The notes beneath the pieces were generated by a model. It was not told where the DNA came from. It made no database searches and saw only the letters and a program-made list of their open reading frames with translations. Of a DNA stretch of 64,000 nucleotides, positions 61,949-64,000 are shown one piece after another. The translations under genes were made by a program, and so were the position numbers. Numbering within the stretch: the first letter of the stretch is position 1; each line of letters begins with the position of its first letter. Origin of the DNA: a virus; the IMG/VR virus record IMGVR_UViG_3300045988_183134, positions 124,565 through 188,564 of that record; one strand, 5' to 3'.

Positions 61949-63766
61949 ATGAATACGCAAAATATGTGGTGGACCGGCAAGACCTATGACTTGCTTGACC
62001 CTGCGCTGCCTGCCATTTTCCATGATGTTCAGCTAGGCATCGGAACGAGGTTTATTGATGACCCTACCGCTGCTAGTGTAAAGCAGGCCGGGGTATACCG
62101 GACCAATGGACACTGCGTACCGGGCAAAATAACTGCAGATTTCGCGAAGGCATTGTGCCGCGCTGAGATGATTGAGAATGGACGAAAAGTCGGTGCGTAT
62201 TCTTGCAACAAAGATGGTCGTACAATGGCCGAGTGGGTAGATAACAATATCTACAAAGAATGTGAAACTGACCATTTGGGGAACACGCTGTGCCTGATTT
62301 ATGACAGAAGCACCGGCCAAATGTACGCATCTACTGGATTTAATGGTAATATTTTGGATGTTGCAAAGATTGGACTTGCTCCTTTCTTTTTGCTTCTCTG
62401 GGGTGATTTTCGAAATCGTGTTGACGGTTTTGAAGATATTTTCCAATCTTATGTTGCAGAAACCGACCCCACAAAGAAGGTTAAATACGCCTGCGCTTTG
62501 GCCGGTACTGCGATGGACGCTATGCTGGAGCAAAACACAGAGCTCAAGGCCAAATATCCCAACAACGGCAACTTGAAAAATGTTACTCAAACCCTTGCCA
62601 AGAGCAAGAAGTTCCTTCCGGACATGGTTTGGGGCACTTTCCAGTTTATGAGCGACCAAAAAGGCTCCGGAACCAGCAAGTTCAAGTTTAAGTCCGTGAA
62701 GGACTTCGTTGGCTATTTTGCGGACAACAACCGTATTCTCTCTGATGAAGAGAAGAGCCTGATTCCTCAGCTGGATGACGGATACATTCTCCCTGAAGAG
62801 GTAAAAACGACTTGCTATTTGATTGCTAACACTCGTGACACCAAGCGCCCCATGACTAATATCATGCTGCGTGGCGACCCGTCTGTCGGCAAGACTGCTG
62901 GTGCTCGTGCGATTGCAGCCGGTCTTGGCCTGCCTTACACTTTCATTACCTGCAATGCCGGTACTGAAATGTACAACTTGATAGGCGATATGATGCCTGT
63001 CAATGCTTCTGATTCTGACGATAGCATCAATGAGGAGCTATTCAAAGACCTGCCGACCGCAACTGATATCAGTATGGACCCCGTGACAGCATATGAAGCT
63101 ATTACTGGCGTTTCTAAGGCTGATGCCACTGAAACCGAATGCATGACCGAGCTGTTCCGCAAGCAGATGAAGCTTTGCTCTGAGGCTTGCGGCCAGGGCT
63201 TCCGCTATGTTGAGAGCCCTCTGGTTCGCGCTATCCGCAATGGTTGGGTCTGTGAGCTGCAGGAGCCTTCTCTGATTACGCGTCCGTCCGTCATGCCCGG
63301 TTTGAATGGCCTGCTGGATGAAACTGGCTGCGTCGTATTGCCGACAGGTGAGATGCTGCATCGGCATCCTGACTGCATCATCATCTCCACGTTGAATGTT
63401 GACCTGGAAGGCTGCCGTCCGCTGAACCAGTCGTTCATCGACCGCCACCATCTCATCGTTGACATGAAATGTCCGAATGATGCGGTTATCATCAAACGTA
63501 TCAAGGGTATGACCGGCTGTGGAAATGATGTCCCGCTGCAGACGATGGTAGATTGCGTTCACCAAATTGCCAAGAAGTGCCAGACTTGTGGCGCAACAGA
63601 TGGCAATGTAAACTCGATGCGCTCTCTCGCGAACTGGGTTCAGGCCGGTATGCTGATTGGCGATTATGCTAAAGCTGCCGAATGGACCGTTGTGAGCGGT
63701 GCAACATCTGACCCGCAGACTCGTGAAGAGCTCATGGGAGTTGTTGCAAACTACAGCTTCGCCTAA
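61949..63766 (+). CDS. AAA+ ATPase of the MoxR/CobS-like (AAA_5) type with a long N-terminal extension
   Basis: Walker A is LRGDPSVGKTAGA. VESPLVRAIRNGWVCELQEPSL...LNGLLDETG...IIISTLN resembles the dynein-related AAA_5 subfamily. Confidence 0.65.
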   Translation: MNTQNMWWTGKTYDLLDPALPAIFHDVQLGIGTRFIDDPTAASVKQAGVYRTNGHCVPGKITADFAKALCRAEMIENGRKVGAYSCNKDGRTMAEWVDNNIYKECETDHLGNTLCLIYDRSTGQMYASTGFNGNILDVAKIGLAPFFLLLWGDFRNRVDGFEDIFQSYVAETDPTKKVKYACALAGTAMDAMLEQNTELKAKYPNNGNLKNVTQTLAKSKKFLPDMVWGTFQFMSDQKGSGTSKFKFKSVKDFVGYFADNNRILSDEEKSLIPQLDDGYILPEEVKTTCYLIANTRDTKRPMTNIMLRGDPSVGKTAGARAIAAGLGLPYTFITCNAGTEMYNLIGDMMPVNASDSDDSINEELFKDLPTATDISMDPVTAYEAITGVSKADATETECMTELFRKQMKLCSEACGQGFRYVESPLVRAIRNGWVCELQEPSLITRPSVMPGLNGLLDETGCVVLPTGEMLHRHPDCIIISTLNVDLEGCRPLNQSFIDRHHLIVDMKCPNDAVIIKRIKGMTGCGNDVPLQTMVDCVHQIAKKCQTCGATDGNVNSMRSLANWVQAGMLIGDYAKAAEWTVVSGATSDPQTREELMGVVANYSFA

Positions 63767-63774
63767 ATAACAAT

Positions 63775-63808
63775 AAAGCCCCGACCTTTCTGGTTGGGGC
63801 TTTTTATT
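63775..63808 (+). terminator. Rho-independent terminator
   Basis: aagccccgacc-tttct-ggttggggctt is followed by tttatttc. Confidence 0.65.
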
Positions 63809-63939
63809 TCGCGCTTTTATGGATTAGCTTTGAAAATCAACGAAAAGGGGACTGTATTTTGTTTGATTTCTAGCTTCGCTAAATCTACGTTTAGCGAAAT
63901 ACAGGGAATACTTTTAGCTTTTGGAATCTTTACAAAATG

Positions 63940-64000
63940 AAGGCTGGGAAAGCCCACGGTTTCAACCGTGGGATGATAGGCCGACAATAATGGTTTTCTT
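63940..64000 (+). mobile_element. Left end of another 579-aa-type TnpB element running off the window
   Basis: ggctgggaaagcccacggtttcaaccgtgggatgataggc parallels the remnant left end ggccgggaacccccacaactttagtcgtgggatgaaaggc (52218-52256). Confidence 0.5.

Overview
This window looks like accessory DNA from a large plasmid or conjugative element of a Gram-positive, Clostridia-like host. Supporting signs are AGGAGG-type ribosome binding sites, lipoboxes, a class B sortase, Big_2 lipoproteins, a PcfJ-like gene, a ParM/ParR-like partition pair, an SSB and an orphan Dam-like methylase. No rRNA, tRNA or CRISPR array is visible. Four themes stand out. (1) IS200/IS605-type RNA-guided-nuclease (OMEGA) elements are unusually dense. 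There are two diverged IscB genes, one with a GC-rich structured upstream omega-RNA region. There are three different TnpB lineages of 381, 565 and 579 aa, two of them next to Y1 tnpA genes. There is also an internally deleted TnpB remnant that keeps its ends and RNA region, plus solo element ends. (2) The candidate I consider most novel lies at 35.8-36.7 kb on the minus strand. A sigma70-like promoter is followed by two 44-nt tandem repeats, a terminator hairpin and a 204-aa ORF. This is the architecture of a type III (RNA antitoxin) toxin-antitoxin system, but the protein matches no type III toxin family I recognise. (3) There is a surface-protein complex. It includes a 2972-aa secreted giant with a glycine-rich GRD-like block and YDG/MBG-like repeats. 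A 528-aa protein shares its C-terminal ATVPLYVCMYG module. The complex also has small secreted paralogs, SrtB, a small VPKMG-signal substrate and a sortase-like protein lacking the catalytic His. (4) A TA/defence-like island at 13-23 kb holds an orphan HicB operon, an XRE plus HipA-like kinase pair, an AAA_15/21-like ATPase and an ATPase with a DUF234-like C-terminal region. Several short sequence boxes recur in intergenic regions, which suggests element-wide transcriptional control. All family assignments come from motifs read by eye in the translations. No searches were run.
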